Notes: generated from the sequence alone by a model not told the origin. A stretch of DNA of 64,000 bases from Candidatus Roizmanbacteria bacterium CG_4_9_14_0_2_um_filter_38_17 (GCA_002788855.1 PFSB01000006.1:99292-163291); one strand, 5' to 3'. Counted from the stretch's first letter, positions 38,772-48,383 are shown. Translations and numbers: made by a program.

Positions 38772-39482
38772 ATGAGAAAAGATGCGGTGTTTGTAGTCGG
38801 TGAGTTTTATCATGTATATAATAGAGGAACTCGTAAAAGCGAAATATTTTTGAATGAAAGTGATTATAGACGATGAGATGAGTGTTTGTATTGGAGTAAT
38901 AATTTTGGCTATCCCTATAGTCTTCTAAGACAGCAAATTAATCAGGCGAAAAAGAGTGGTAGAAATATTAAAGAAGTAGTTGAACAAATTGAAATGCAGT
39001 ACCGATTATTTGAGTCTTTGGTTAATGTAATTTCTTACGCACATATGCCAAATCACTTTCACCTAGTCTTGAGGCAAAATGTAGATAATGGAATATCAAA
39101 ATTTATGCATAAAATGTCGGCTTCTTATGCAAAGTACTTTAACAAGAAGTACAATCTAACCGGATCACTGTATGAAGGAAATTTTAGAGCGATTCAGATA
39201 ATATCTGAACCTCAACTATTAGAAGTTAGTAGATATGTTCATATTAATCCAACTGTAGCAGGAATTGTTGATATAAAGGGTTTGCTTACATATCCCTGGA
39301 CATCGTTGCGTTTATATGTAGGAGAAGTGAATAATAAGCTCGTTGATATCAGTTATTTACTCGGCTTAAGTAATAATAACGCAGAAGAGCTGGTAAGGTT
39401 TACTCTTTCCAGGATTAGCGATGATAATGAAGGACTATTGGAAGGGATAATGATTGATGGTAACAAATTAGCCCGTAAATAA
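38772..39482 (+). pseudogene. RAYT copy 2, disrupted by in-frame TGA (TGG to TGA at the Trp position conserved in copy 1)
   Basis: ATG 38772 gives MRKDAVFVVGEFYHVYNRGTRKSEIFLNESDYRR-stop-DECLYW...; downstream part intact with MPNHFHLVL and RYVHINPTVAGIV (Y-x-H-x-N-P) motifs; copy 1 has DSDYVRWENLLSW at the equivalent position. Confidence 0.65.
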
Positions 39483-39485
39483 GCT

Positions 39486-39510
39486 CTATTAAAAACCCAG
39501 TTTTTAATAG
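39486..39510. repeat. REP-B palindrome, inverted orientation (CTATTAAAAAC-CCA-GTTTTTAATAG)
   Basis: Exact reverse complement of copy at 38723. Confidence 0.75.
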
Positions 39511-39642
39511 AATTGCAGTGATTATGAAGAGGGTGTGAAGGATAAATCCGGTGATGTACCAGGAAGAGCTACTAGTACTAGCTCACATATAGGAAACTAG
39601 CAGTTTTTAGGTGGAAGATAAGACTTAAGATATAATACATCC

Positions 39643-40920
39643 ATGGCTTTAGTTACAAAGCTTCGTGGTCTGATTCCAAATAATTTAGTTAATACTTTTT
39701 GGCATTATCCTATTGCTTTGTTTGCGGCTTTGAGATATGGGTTTCCAGCTAAAAAACTTACTTTAATTGGGGTAACAGGTACAGATGGAAAGACTACTAC
39801 AACTTACATTATTAACCATTTGTTAAAAAAAGCTGGATATAAAACAGCTATGATCACGTCTGTATTGGCGGAGATAGCTGGCAAAACTAGTAATACAGGT
39901 TTTCATGTTACCAGTCCCCATCCTTGGCAAGTGCAGAAATATTTAGCTGAAGCAGTTAAATCTGGGGTAACTCATGCGATTCTAGAAGTTACTTCCCACG
40001 CATTGGATCAACACAGATTTGCCGGTTGTAGTTTTAGGTATGGAATTGTAACGAATATTAAACCTGACCACCTGGACTATCATAAAACTTATGATAACTA
40101 CTTTCATTCAAAGTCTAAGCTACTCTTAGGAGCTCAAAAAGCAGTTCTTAACAAAGACGATCAAAGCTTTAACAGGCTAAATACACTCTTAACAGGAAAA
40201 GATATTGTTACGTATAGCATTAAGGAGCAAGCAGACTTTACAGGTAAAAAAATAATACAAACAAGTATACCTGTCACTCTACCAGGAGATTACAATCTAT
40301 CCAATATTCTGGCCGCCACAGCCGTTGTAAATAATATTGGCCTCTCTATTGATGAAGTTAGTAAATATTTACCATCTTTTAAAGCAGTACCAGGCAGATT
40401 TAATGAAGTAGATATTAAAAAAGACTTTCGGGTAGTAATAGATTTTGCCCATACGCCCTATGGTTTACAGGCTTTACTTACTGCGCTGCGGAATCAAACT
40501 CAGGCAAGAATTATAGCTGTATTTGGTTGTGCGGCAGAACGTGGAGCAGATAGGCGAGAGATGGGCAGGGTAGGTGGTAAGTTGGCAGATATAACAATTA
40601 TTACAGCCGAGGATCCTCGTTTTGAAGGCGTGGAAAAGATAAGCGCTGTGATTGCAGGTTGGGCAGATAAAGCTGGAGCAGAAGAATTAAGCAGCAAACA
40701 GTTAGGAGATAGTAGCAAAAAAGATAAGCATGTATATACTAAAATAGCAGATCGGCAAGGGGCAATAAATGCTGCAATAGACATTGCAAAGCCTGGAGAT
40801 ATTATTGTTTTATGTGGAAAAGGACACGAGCAAAGTATGAATTTTAGAGGAGTTGAATATCCTTGGGATGAAAATAAGGCTGTTCAAAAAGCCCTAACTA
40901 AAAGATATGGATCTAAGTAA
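39643..40920 (+). CDS. murE: MurE-like Mur ligase (UDP-MurNAc-L-Ala-D-Glu:diamino acid ligase) lacking canonical N-terminal domain
   Basis: P-loop GVTGTDGKTTTTYII at residue 44, C-terminal AVFGCAAERGADRR...TAEDPRFE resembling MurE FGCGGDRD...DNPRxE region; in-frame stop 6 codons upstream of ATG. Confidence 0.7.
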   Translation: MALVTKLRGLIPNNLVNTFWHYPIALFAALRYGFPAKKLTLIGVTGTDGKTTTTYIINHLLKKAGYKTAMITSVLAEIAGKTSNTGFHVTSPHPWQVQKYLAEAVKSGVTHAILEVTSHALDQHRFAGCSFRYGIVTNIKPDHLDYHKTYDNYFHSKSKLLLGAQKAVLNKDDQSFNRLNTLLTGKDIVTYSIKEQADFTGKKIIQTSIPVTLPGDYNLSNILAATAVVNNIGLSIDEVSKYLPSFKAVPGRFNEVDIKKDFRVVIDFAHTPYGLQALLTALRNQTQARIIAVFGCAAERGADRREMGRVGGKLADITIITAEDPRFEGVEKISAVIAGWADKAGAEELSSKQLGDSSKKDKHVYTKIADRQGAINAAIDIAKPGDIIVLCGKGHEQSMNFRGVEYPWDENKAVQKALTKRYGSK

Positions 40921-42343
40921 AATTAAGCATATACATTTTGTTGGTATAAAAGGTGTAGGGATGACATCTCTAGCTGTATTAGCCCATGAGATGAAAAAAA
41001 AGGTGACTGGTTCTGATGTTTTGGAAGAATTTGTGACAGACAAAGTGCTTAAAGATCTGAAGATTGAAGTATTTGGGGAATTTAATGGAGAGAATTTTAA
41101 GAAGTTACTAACAAGATACAGCCCCCCAGAATTATTAGTAGTTACAACGGGTGCACACCAAGGATTTAATAATCTAGAGGTACAACATGCTAAAGAGCTA
41201 GGCTTTAAAGTAGTCTCCCACGCTCAAGCTTTGGGTATATTATCCATGCATAAGAATGTGATTGCTGTTGCTGGAACGCATGGTAAGTCAACAACAACTG
41301 CAATGATAGCGCATGTTTTAACTGAAGCTGGGACAGATCCATCATACTTAGTGGGAGTTGGAAGCATACCTTCATTACCAAATCCAGGTCATCACGGCAA
41401 GGGTAATTTGTTTGTAGTTGAAGCTGACGAATATGTAACTGATCCTCAAACAGATCCTACCCCACGGTTTCTGTGGCTTAAGCCTAAGATATTAGTAATA
41501 ACATCCGTCGAATATGATCACCCAGATGTTTATTCAGATGTTTACAAACTAGTTCAAGCATTTAGAGAGCTAGCGGAAAAAGTACCCATAGATGGTACCA
41601 TCATTGCCTGTATAGATAACCTAGGTGTGGAGAAAGCTCTAGAGGGCTCTAAGGCTAAGATTATTTGGTATGGATTCTCTCCTCGTGCAGATTATAGAAT
41701 CAAAAGTTATTATCCAACCTTATTATCTGGCGGGCAAGTGGTTTTAGAGTTTTGTGTTGAACACCAAAAACGTGAGTTATTTTGCACACAGCTGGCGGTA
41801 TCTGGTAGACATAATAGCTTAAATGCATTGGCATGCATTATTGCTTGTGTTGAGGTAGGAGTATCGTGGACTAAAGCACCCGAATACCTGAGAAGTTTTA
41901 CGGGTACGGGGCGCAGATTTGAGTTAAAAGGCCAACAAGGAGAGACCGTACTATACGATGATTACGCACATCATCCAACTGAGATTAAGGCTGTGCTGGC
42001 TATGGCTAAGGAGCTCTACGTGGGTTATCATATTATAGCTATATTTCAGCCCCATACATATTCACGCACTAAAGCTCTGTTTAAGGACTTTGCAAAATCT
42101 TTTACAGATGCGAATGAAACTTATTTATTAGATATTTTTTCCTCGGCCCGAGAAAAGAAAGATCCATCTATTTCATCACAAGAATTAGCCAAGGAAGCTA
42201 GTAAGCATGGGGCGCAGGTTAAATATGTACGAAGTGTTCTGGAGATGGTTAACAGGATAAAGTCGAAATTAGGGAGTAAACAGGTTATAATTACGATGGG
42301 AGCTGGAGATGTATACAAGATACACGATAAGCTAAAAGTCTAA
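40907..42343 (+). CDS. murC: UDP-N-acetylmuramate--L-alanine ligase MurC
   Basis: HFVGIKGVGMTSLAVLAHEMKKKVTGSD N-terminal signature, P-loop VAGTHGKSTTTAMI. Confidence 0.85.
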   Translation: MDLSKIKHIHFVGIKGVGMTSLAVLAHEMKKKVTGSDVLEEFVTDKVLKDLKIEVFGEFNGENFKKLLTRYSPPELLVVTTGAHQGFNNLEVQHAKELGFKVVSHAQALGILSMHKNVIAVAGTHGKSTTTAMIAHVLTEAGTDPSYLVGVGSIPSLPNPGHHGKGNLFVVEADEYVTDPQTDPTPRFLWLKPKILVITSVEYDHPDVYSDVYKLVQAFRELAEKVPIDGTIIACIDNLGVEKALEGSKAKIIWYGFSPRADYRIKSYYPTLLSGGQVVLEFCVEHQKRELFCTQLAVSGRHNSLNALACIIACVEVGVSWTKAPEYLRSFTGTGRRFELKGQQGETVLYDDYAHHPTEIKAVLAMAKELYVGYHIIAIFQPHTYSRTKALFKDFAKSFTDANETYLLDIFSSAREKKDPSISSQELAKEASKHGAQVKYVRSVLEMVNRIKSKLGSKQVIITMGAGDVYKIHDKLKV

Positions 42344-42344
42344 T

Positions 42345-43604
42345 ATGGCAAAATTTATAATAAATGGCAGAAATAGACTAGAAGGAAAAATTAAGGTTGC
42401 GGCTAATAAGAATGCGGTTTTGCCAGTAATGGCGGCAACGCTTCTTTGTGAAGGAACAAGCATTATTCATAACGTACCTGAAATAAAAGATGTTGAGGTA
42501 ATGGTGAATATTTTACGCAAGCTGGGAGCAAAAGTAACCTTAAGCGAGAGAACATTAACAGTAGACAGCTCAAATATAACCAATCTAGAAATACCACGTG
42601 ATCTAGCTCAACGCCTGAGAGCATCAGTATTATTGTTGGGACCATTACTTGCAAGAGCTGGAGAAGTTAAGCTTCCTCATCCTGGTGGTGATGTAATAGG
42701 TAGGCGTGGTATTTTCACACATATTTCTGCATTGACGAAGCTAGGGGTTCAAATTACTCAAGATGACCTCATGTACTATGGCAAGGTTATTCAGAAAAAT
42801 GCAGTGAAAGTATTTTTAGATGAACCCTCAGTGACAGGCACAGAAAATGTCATGATGTACGCGGCTTTAACAGATGGTGAAACAGTGATAGAGAATGCTG
42901 CAGCTGAACCTCATATTGTTGATCTATCTAGATTTTTAGCATCAGCTGGTGTAACTATCGAGGGAGCAGGAACTAGTAGAATTAGAATAATAGGAAAAAA
43001 GAGCTTAAAGGGCGGAGAGTATACAATTTCTCCTGACCCGATTGAAGCGGGCACATTTGCAATTGCTTCTGCAGTAACCAAAGGAGACCTGGAGATTGGA
43101 CCAATTGTACAAGATGACATGCAGATGATAAAGATAGTGCTGGAGAGATTTGGCGTTAATCTAAAGTTTGATAAAGATAAACTTCGTGTAAATTCCAAAG
43201 AAATAACAGCACCTCTTAGACCTGTGCAAGCAATGGTTTGGCCTGGCTTTCCAACTGACCTTATGAGTCCTTTAATCGTGCTTGCCACACAGGCAGAAAG
43301 GCAGACCCTGTGTCATGATCCTCTTTATGAGTCACGCATGTTCTTTGTTGATAAGCTAATTAGAATGGGGGCTCACATTACAATCTGTGATCCGCATCGT
43401 GTCATTGTGTATGGCAAGTCAAACTTGTATGGAAGAGAGCTGGCAAGTCCAGATATACGAGCAGGAATGGCCTTAGTTTTGGCGGCTTTAATAGCGGAGG
43501 GTAAGAGTGTTATTGATCAAGCAGAGATTGTTGAAAGGGGATACGAGAATATTGACAAAAGATTGCGTATAATAGGAGCAGATATTAAAAGATCTAATGA
43601 TTAA
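42345..43604 (+). CDS. murA: UDP-N-acetylglucosamine 1-carboxyvinyltransferase MurA
   Basis: FIINGRNRLEGKIKVAANKNAVLPVMAATLL, 419 aa EPSP-synthase fold. Confidence 0.9.
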   Translation: MAKFIINGRNRLEGKIKVAANKNAVLPVMAATLLCEGTSIIHNVPEIKDVEVMVNILRKLGAKVTLSERTLTVDSSNITNLEIPRDLAQRLRASVLLLGPLLARAGEVKLPHPGGDVIGRRGIFTHISALTKLGVQITQDDLMYYGKVIQKNAVKVFLDEPSVTGTENVMMYAALTDGETVIENAAAEPHIVDLSRFLASAGVTIEGAGTSRIRIIGKKSLKGGEYTISPDPIEAGTFAIASAVTKGDLEIGPIVQDDMQMIKIVLERFGVNLKFDKDKLRVNSKEITAPLRPVQAMVWPGFPTDLMSPLIVLATQAERQTLCHDPLYESRMFFVDKLIRMGAHITICDPHRVIVYGKSNLYGRELASPDIRAGMALVLAALIAEGKSVIDQAEIVERGYENIDKRLRIIGADIKRSND

Positions 43605-44841
43605 ACAAGCAGTTATATTGGCAGCAGGCGAGTCATCAAGGTTTCAGCCGTTGTCTGCATATAGGCATAAAGCAGAAATCCCATTGCTTGGTAAAAGTTT
43701 GCTCCAGCGCACGGTAGATAACTTACAGAGCATTGGTGTAGAAGAGGTTATTATAGTTCATTCGCCAGATCGAAGACCTCAGTTATTTGCTCATGAGTGT
43801 GAACTAAGATTTGTAGTTCTAGATAAACCTACAGGAATGGGAGATGCCCTGCTGGCAGCTTTAGATTTTTTGGATGATAAATATTTTGTGCTTCATCCCT
43901 ACCACTTTGCGGGAGTTAATTACATGAAAAAGATGGTTAAGGTTACAGCTGAAAATAATGGCTGTTTATTAGTAACTGATCCCGTAATAGGAAAAAGCGG
44001 TGGACTTGCCACGGTTGAAAAGGATGACATTGTCCAGGTTGAGGAGATGGAGTATAAGGGGGGAGATAATAAGAAATATGTTCTTGGAATATATTTACTA
44101 ACCAAAACATACACAGATATTTTGCAACAGACTAAAAAAGATCACTATAGTTTTGAACTTGCCCTTGATCAATATGCAAGAGCTAACAAATTATCCTGGT
44201 TTCAGGTTAGAGACTACTCAGTATCGCTAAAATACCCCTGGGACTTATTCAAGATCAAGGATACGCTTCTTCGCTCTAGTAAAGCAAGTATAGCGAAAAC
44301 AGCGAAAATTGACCCAACAGCCGTGATAGATGGGGTAGTTATTATCGATGAAAATGCGAAAATAGGAGCATATGCCGTTATTAGAGGTCCCGCATATATT
44401 GGTAGAAATGTACGAGTAGGAGATCATGCTTTGGTTCGTGATTTGACTACATTGGAAGAGGGCTCGATGGTGGGTGGTTCAGCAGAAGTAAAAAATAGTA
44501 TTGTTTTGGAAGAGTCTCATGTGCAGGGATATCTTGCAGACTCTATAGTGGGGCAAGAGGTGAGAATAGCTCATGGATTTGTTTCAGCTAATCGCCGCAT
44601 TGATAGGGAAACCATCTCTGTAGAGGTTAAAGGTAAAAAAATAGATACAAGGTTTTTTGCCCTGGGTTGTATAGTAGGTGATAATGTTTATACGGGTATA
44701 AATGTGGCAACTATGCCAGGGGTTAAAGTTGGTGAGAATTCAATAGTTGGCCCTCGTACCACTGTGTTTGCGAATGTCCCTCCAAATGTTCGGTATTATC
44801 AAAAAGCCGAATCCCACACAGAAAAGATTATAAAGAAGTAA
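43597..44841 (+). CDS. Bifunctional sugar-1-phosphate nucleotidyltransferase / hexapeptide acetyltransferase (GlmU-like)
   Basis: N-terminal AVILAAGESSRFQPL NTP-transferase motif and C-terminal LbH repeats; follows murA. Confidence 0.5.
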   Translation: MIKQAVILAAGESSRFQPLSAYRHKAEIPLLGKSLLQRTVDNLQSIGVEEVIIVHSPDRRPQLFAHECELRFVVLDKPTGMGDALLAALDFLDDKYFVLHPYHFAGVNYMKKMVKVTAENNGCLLVTDPVIGKSGGLATVEKDDIVQVEEMEYKGGDNKKYVLGIYLLTKTYTDILQQTKKDHYSFELALDQYARANKLSWFQVRDYSVSLKYPWDLFKIKDTLLRSSKASIAKTAKIDPTAVIDGVVIIDENAKIGAYAVIRGPAYIGRNVRVGDHALVRDLTTLEEGSMVGGSAEVKNSIVLEESHVQGYLADSIVGQEVRIAHGFVSANRRIDRETISVEVKGKKIDTRFFALGCIVGDNVYTGINVATMPGVKVGENSIVGPRTTVFANVPPNVRYYQKAESHTEKIIKK

Positions 44842-44847
44842 TCTGCT

Positions 44848-45555
44848 ATGAATAGTTATCATAGGCAACTATTGGTTAATATCCAGAAGAATTCAAGAAG
44901 AGAAGATTTGTCATTACACAATAGCCAGAAGTACTGTGGGACAAGTGACAAATTCTACAATCTTAAAACAGAAATCAAGCGTCAGGCTGCAAAAGAATTT
45001 TTTAGAAAGTATCTTGATTTATCTTTCGATGAGTATATTGAGCTTTTGGATTCTTTGAACACTGGAAAATCCTATGAAGAAAAAACTATTGCCTCAATGA
45101 TTTTATGTTTGTATAAAAACAACAAAGAACACATAGGTCCAGAACATTTAGATAAGTGGCTTGAAAATCTTGAAGGTTGGGCAGAAATTGATTCATTATG
45201 CCAGTCTTCTTTTGGTGCTGATGAAATATTACTAAAATGGAACAGTTGGGAAAAAGCCTTAATTACTTTCTCCAGATCAGATTTTATTAGCAAAAGAAGA
45301 GCGAGTCTTGTTTTGCTTGTAAAACCTGTAAGAGACGCTAAGAATGATAAGTTGTTTAGTCTTGCGCTGGAAAATATAGATAAATTAAAGAAAGAGAAAG
45401 ATATATTAATTACAAAAGCAATTTCGTGGTTGTTACGGGATATGATAAAAAACTATAGAAATGAAGTAAGGCATTACTTGAAGGAAAATAGAGAAACTCT
45501 CCCAAAAATTGCTATAAGGGAAGTAACAAGGAAACTAGAAACAGGAAAGAAGTAA
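44848..45555 (+). CDS. DNA alkylation repair protein (AlkC/AlkD-like HEAT-repeat glycosylase family)
   Basis: W/D-rich helical repeats (WLENLEGWAEIDSLC, KAISWLLRDM) typical of DNA_alkylation family. Confidence 0.55.
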   Translation: MNSYHRQLLVNIQKNSRREDLSLHNSQKYCGTSDKFYNLKTEIKRQAAKEFFRKYLDLSFDEYIELLDSLNTGKSYEEKTIASMILCLYKNNKEHIGPEHLDKWLENLEGWAEIDSLCQSSFGADEILLKWNSWEKALITFSRSDFISKRRASLVLLVKPVRDAKNDKLFSLALENIDKLKKEKDILITKAISWLLRDMIKNYRNEVRHYLKENRETLPKIAIREVTRKLETGKK

Positions 45556-45572
45556 GCAGTTAGATTATAAAT

Positions 45573-45797
45573 ATGGAAGCTAGAGAAGCAAGTATTATAA
45601 CAGGTGTAATTGCAGAGAAATATGGTCTGGATAACATAGAAGTGAGTGGTTGGCTACATAATGCATTAGATCCTGGACTAGGTCCAGAAAGCAATCAAAA
45701 AGCGAGAGGATCGCTAAATCATGCTCTTGACGAATCGGATGTAACCTATTTACTTGGTATTTGGGCTGATTGTATAGCCGACTCCAACTCTGCTTAA
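45573..45797 (+). CDS. Hypothetical small protein
   Basis: 74-aa ORF, no recognisable motif. Confidence 0.3.
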   Translation: MEAREASIITGVIAEKYGLDNIEVSGWLHNALDPGLGPESNQKARGSLNHALDESDVTYLLGIWADCIADSNSA

Positions 45798-45824
45798 ATA
45801 TCTGGATTGGATCTAGTTCTGGCT

Positions 45825-45890
45825 CTATTAAAAACTGGGTTTTTAATAGGTTGTTAAATCAAGCTATTAAGGGGGTCAACTATTTAAATT
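45825..45890. repeat. REP-B palindrome plus about 40-bp extension; left copy of direct repeat bounding 1.5-kb cassette
   Basis: CTATTAAAAACTGGGTTTTTAATAG then TTGTTAAATCAAGCTATTAAGGGGGTC...TTTAAATT; matches 47377..47443. Confidence 0.7.
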
Positions 45891-46013
45891 ACAGGAAGTG
45901 ATTTCCATTATTGGGACACAGAGCTCGTAATACTTTTTAAACTTCAAAAAAAGTTCCAAAATTTTTGTCATTCAAAAGTTAACCTCATTTTAAGTTCGAA
46001 TCCCACTCGGCCG

Positions 46014-46022
46014 TGGTATAAT
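46014..46022 (+). promoter_or_regulatory. Extended -10 (TGGTATAAT) for cassette operon
   Basis: 6 nt upstream of ATG 46029, leaderless configuration. Confidence 0.4.
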
Positions 46023-46028
46023 AATTGT

Positions 46029-46469
46029 ATGGAAACCTTTCTTAATTTTCTAACAGTATTCGGGCTTGGAAGCGTTATAACTGTATTTATCACACACAAA
46101 CTAAAACAATCCTCAGAATCAAAAATAAAAATGAGAGAATTAAAAGAAAATCAATATAAAAGTCTTCTTAATAATTTAATGGGTTTTTTTGAGGGATGGG
46201 AAGACTATGCAGTTGCAGATAAAAAAGCTCGCAAGAAACAATTCTTGTGGGAAGTTTATACAAGCGTTCCTGTATATGCATCAGATGTGGTTATAAGGCT
46301 TTGCTATGAGTTTATAGAAAGCCATAACAAAGAAGGGAAATTGAAAGGAGAGAGCAATAAAATTTATTCAAAAATCGTAATTGCTATGAGAATGGAATTA
46401 AATAAAATTTATGGTCAGCCAGATACTACACTTTCAGAGAAAGACATTAAAGTTCTTAAAGTTGATTAA
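46029..46469 (+). CDS. Hypothetical membrane-anchored protein (1 TM plus 120-aa soluble domain)
   Basis: N-terminal FLNFLTVFGLGSVITVFITH helix; no known motif. Confidence 0.45.
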   Translation: METFLNFLTVFGLGSVITVFITHKLKQSSESKIKMRELKENQYKSLLNNLMGFFEGWEDYAVADKKARKKQFLWEVYTSVPVYASDVVIRLCYEFIESHNKEGKLKGESNKIYSKIVIAMRMELNKIYGQPDTTLSEKDIKVLKVD

Positions 46470-46508
46470 TGATTCAAAGCAGAGCAGACAAAATTACAAA
46501 AACTGACA

Positions 46509-47330
46509 ATGAATATTTTTCAGAGTAAGTACTTCAACGTTGTTCTTCCAGTTTTATTTGTTTTGTTTCTTTTGCTGCTACTTGTCTATGGTTGTTTAAT
46601 TGGCATATATGATGTTATAACTTTAGCTGTAAATGCCGTCCTTATGCTCCTTGCTACGCTAATTGCAATTTCACTACCTTTGTATGCAAGCGCGAAAAAT
46701 GAACAAAAACGCAGGGATAAGGAACATGAAATGATTTATGTATCTGTATCCCGATACGTTGGCGGTGAAATCTTGGATAATGTTATAGAGATTCAAGATA
46801 TTCTAAAAAATAATGAAAAATCTCTAGGCCAACTGGATAAACAAAATCTTTCTATGTCAGAAAGAGATAAAAAAATAGTTACCGCTTCTATATGGAAAAC
46901 GGCTTCAGAAATCCTTGTTGGTTCGCTTCAGGATAAACATCACAACAATATGGTTATGTCTGGTTTAGTAGCCAAAATTCCCGATGACGCTGTTGGCAAC
47001 GGAATTCGTGATACTTATCAAAAAATGGATAATCTAAAAAAGCGACTCAAAAGCATAACGATGTTTTTTGGAATGCTTATATCTCCCCAAGTTGGGGTTT
47101 CTAAAACATTCTTGGATTATCAGTTTAATACGAAACTGCAAGAAGGTATTACTGCTGTTGAATTGGATATAAAGATATTTAGCGATTCTGCAGAAAAAAC
47201 TAGAAAAGACATTAACAAGCTACTGAAACAATATGGGAAAGAGATTAAAATTATAGCTTATGAAAAAGTACATAACTCTGAAAAAGGATCTAGAAAAACT
47301 GAAAAATCTTCCATTTCTTCAAAAAAATGA
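46509..47330 (+). CDS. Hypothetical membrane protein (2 N-terminal TM plus helical soluble domain, Lys/Ser-rich tail)
   Basis: VLPVLFVLFLLLLLVYGCLIGIYDVITLAVNAVLMLLATLIAISLPLY; no known motif. Confidence 0.45.
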   Translation: MNIFQSKYFNVVLPVLFVLFLLLLLVYGCLIGIYDVITLAVNAVLMLLATLIAISLPLYASAKNEQKRRDKEHEMIYVSVSRYVGGEILDNVIEIQDILKNNEKSLGQLDKQNLSMSERDKKIVTASIWKTASEILVGSLQDKHHNNMVMSGLVAKIPDDAVGNGIRDTYQKMDNLKKRLKSITMFFGMLISPQVGVSKTFLDYQFNTKLQEGITAVELDIKIFSDSAEKTRKDINKLLKQYGKEIKIIAYEKVHNSEKGSRKTEKSSISSKK

Positions 47331-47376
47331 GCAAGAGATTGTTGATAAATAGCTATAGCTATGGTTGAAAGATGTT

Positions 47377-47443
47377 TCTATTAAAAACTGGGTTTTAAAT
47401 AGATTGTTAAATCAAGCTTTTAAGGAGGTCTACCCTTTAAATT
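47377..47443. repeat. REP-B variant plus extension; right copy of direct repeat bounding cassette
   Basis: CTATTAAAAACTGGGTTTTAAATAG then ATTGTTAAATCAAGCTTTTAAGGAGGTC...TTTAAATT. Confidence 0.7.
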
Positions 47444-47579
47444 TCAGACCCTTTAAATCCAGATAATGGGGTCAGCCACCTATTTAGAAAAAATACAAGG
47501 ACAAATCTTGTAGAAAATATATATGCAAATTTTCTACTCAATTGGGAAACGGCACCTTTTTTCATTTAACGCTCAACTT

Positions 47580-47616
47580 AAGGCAAGGTCTTCCATTTCA
47601 TGTAAGGCCTTGCCTT
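47580..47616. terminator. Hairpin AAGGCAAGG-N19-CCTTGCCTT, possible bidirectional terminator
   Basis: 9-bp perfect stem immediately 3' of minus-strand TrmB stop (47625). Confidence 0.3.
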
Positions 47617-47624
47617 GTTTCGCG

Positions 47625-48383
47625 TTAGGGGAGGAGGGACCAGAGGGATTGGAAGATTATTTTCTGGGTTTGGACTAGTCCGGGTTCTTCAATGATAACT
47701 GCATATGGTAGTTCATCTTCGGTGATAGAGATGATGGCATATTTATCTGTATAGATGATGATATAGCTTGAGGAGTTGGAGCTGGAGTTTTGTATCCATT
47801 TTCGCTGTGCTAACTGCACTTCTTCTCCACCTTTTCCTAAGGCAATTACATTTACCTGGATACCTTTGGTAATTCTTTGTTTAGTAAAATTAGGAAATTG
47901 TTGATAGAGGTATTTTCTGATTGGCAAAGCTGAGTAAGCATAATATGTTTTATCTTTAGTATTCTCAACAGAGTGGAGAATATCTAGGAGTACTTTTTCG
48001 ATACCTTCTTCTCCCTCATAATATTTAACCGTGGGACTTGATCCAGTAATTTTAGATGCCTCAAGTTCTGGTATGACTTTTGTACTAAGGGATGAAATTA
48101 GCTGTTTAATCCTGGTTTCTTTTTCTTTAGCAAGATTTGTTAGTTTTTTAGGAGATTCAGCTAGATAACGTTTTCGCTGTCCACTCATCTGAAAGCATAC
48201 GAGGCCTTTTTTTACGAGTTCTCTTAGTATTTCGTGAGTAGTTCCCCTATTGATTTTAGTATCTGCAGCTAGCTCCCGGATGGAGACAGGGCCAAGCTTT
48301 AGGAGTGATTTGTAAACAATATATTCCTTACTAGATATACCCAGCAGACTAAATTGTGAATCCATTGGGTAATTATATAACAC
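47625..48383 (-). CDS. TrmB-family (sugar-responsive) transcriptional regulator
   Basis: N-terminal winged HTH ...YKSLLKLGPVSIRELAADTKINRGTTHEILRELVKKGLV..., 252 aa with C-terminal sensor-like domain. Confidence 0.65.
   Translation of the reverse strand: MLYNYPMDSQFSLLGISSKEYIVYKSLLKLGPVSIRELAADTKINRGTTHEILRELVKKGLVCFQMSGQRKRYLAESPKKLTNLAKEKETRIKQLISSLSTKVIPELEASKITGSSPTVKYYEGEEGIEKVLLDILHSVENTKDKTYYAYSALPIRKYLYQQFPNFTKQRITKGIQVNVIALGKGGEEVQLAQRKWIQNSSSNSSSYIIIYTDKYAIISITEDELPYAVIIEEPGLVQTQKIIFQSLWSLLP

Noticed and set aside
38868-38876. In-frame TGA in RAYT copy 2 as evidence of UGA recoding (Gly or Trp, as in some CPR lineages or Mollicutes)
   Set aside because: TGA terminates many genes in this window, including numerous ATGA start/stop overlaps (e.g. 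1064, 2110, 3174, 17241, 24324, 25496, 26383). Standard code 11 is used, so the TGA is a nonsense mutation (pseudogene).
45990-46012. tRNA-like 3' fragment (AAGTTCGAATCCCACTCGGCC resembles a T-loop TTCGAATCC plus acceptor) just upstream of the REP-bounded cassette; considered a tRNA gene or att remnant
   Set aside because: The bases flanking TTCGAAT cannot form a 5-bp T-stem (TTAAG versus CCCAC). No D-arm or anticodon arm could be found on either strand. There is no CCA or 5' acceptor complement. At most it is a highly degenerate fragment, and it overlaps the TGGTATAAT promoter.
47551-47563. ACGGCACCTTTTTTCAT T-run considered as an intrinsic terminator
   Set aside because: No stable GC-rich stem precedes the T-run. 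The nearby 9-bp-stem hairpin at 47580..47616 is a better, though still weak, terminator candidate.
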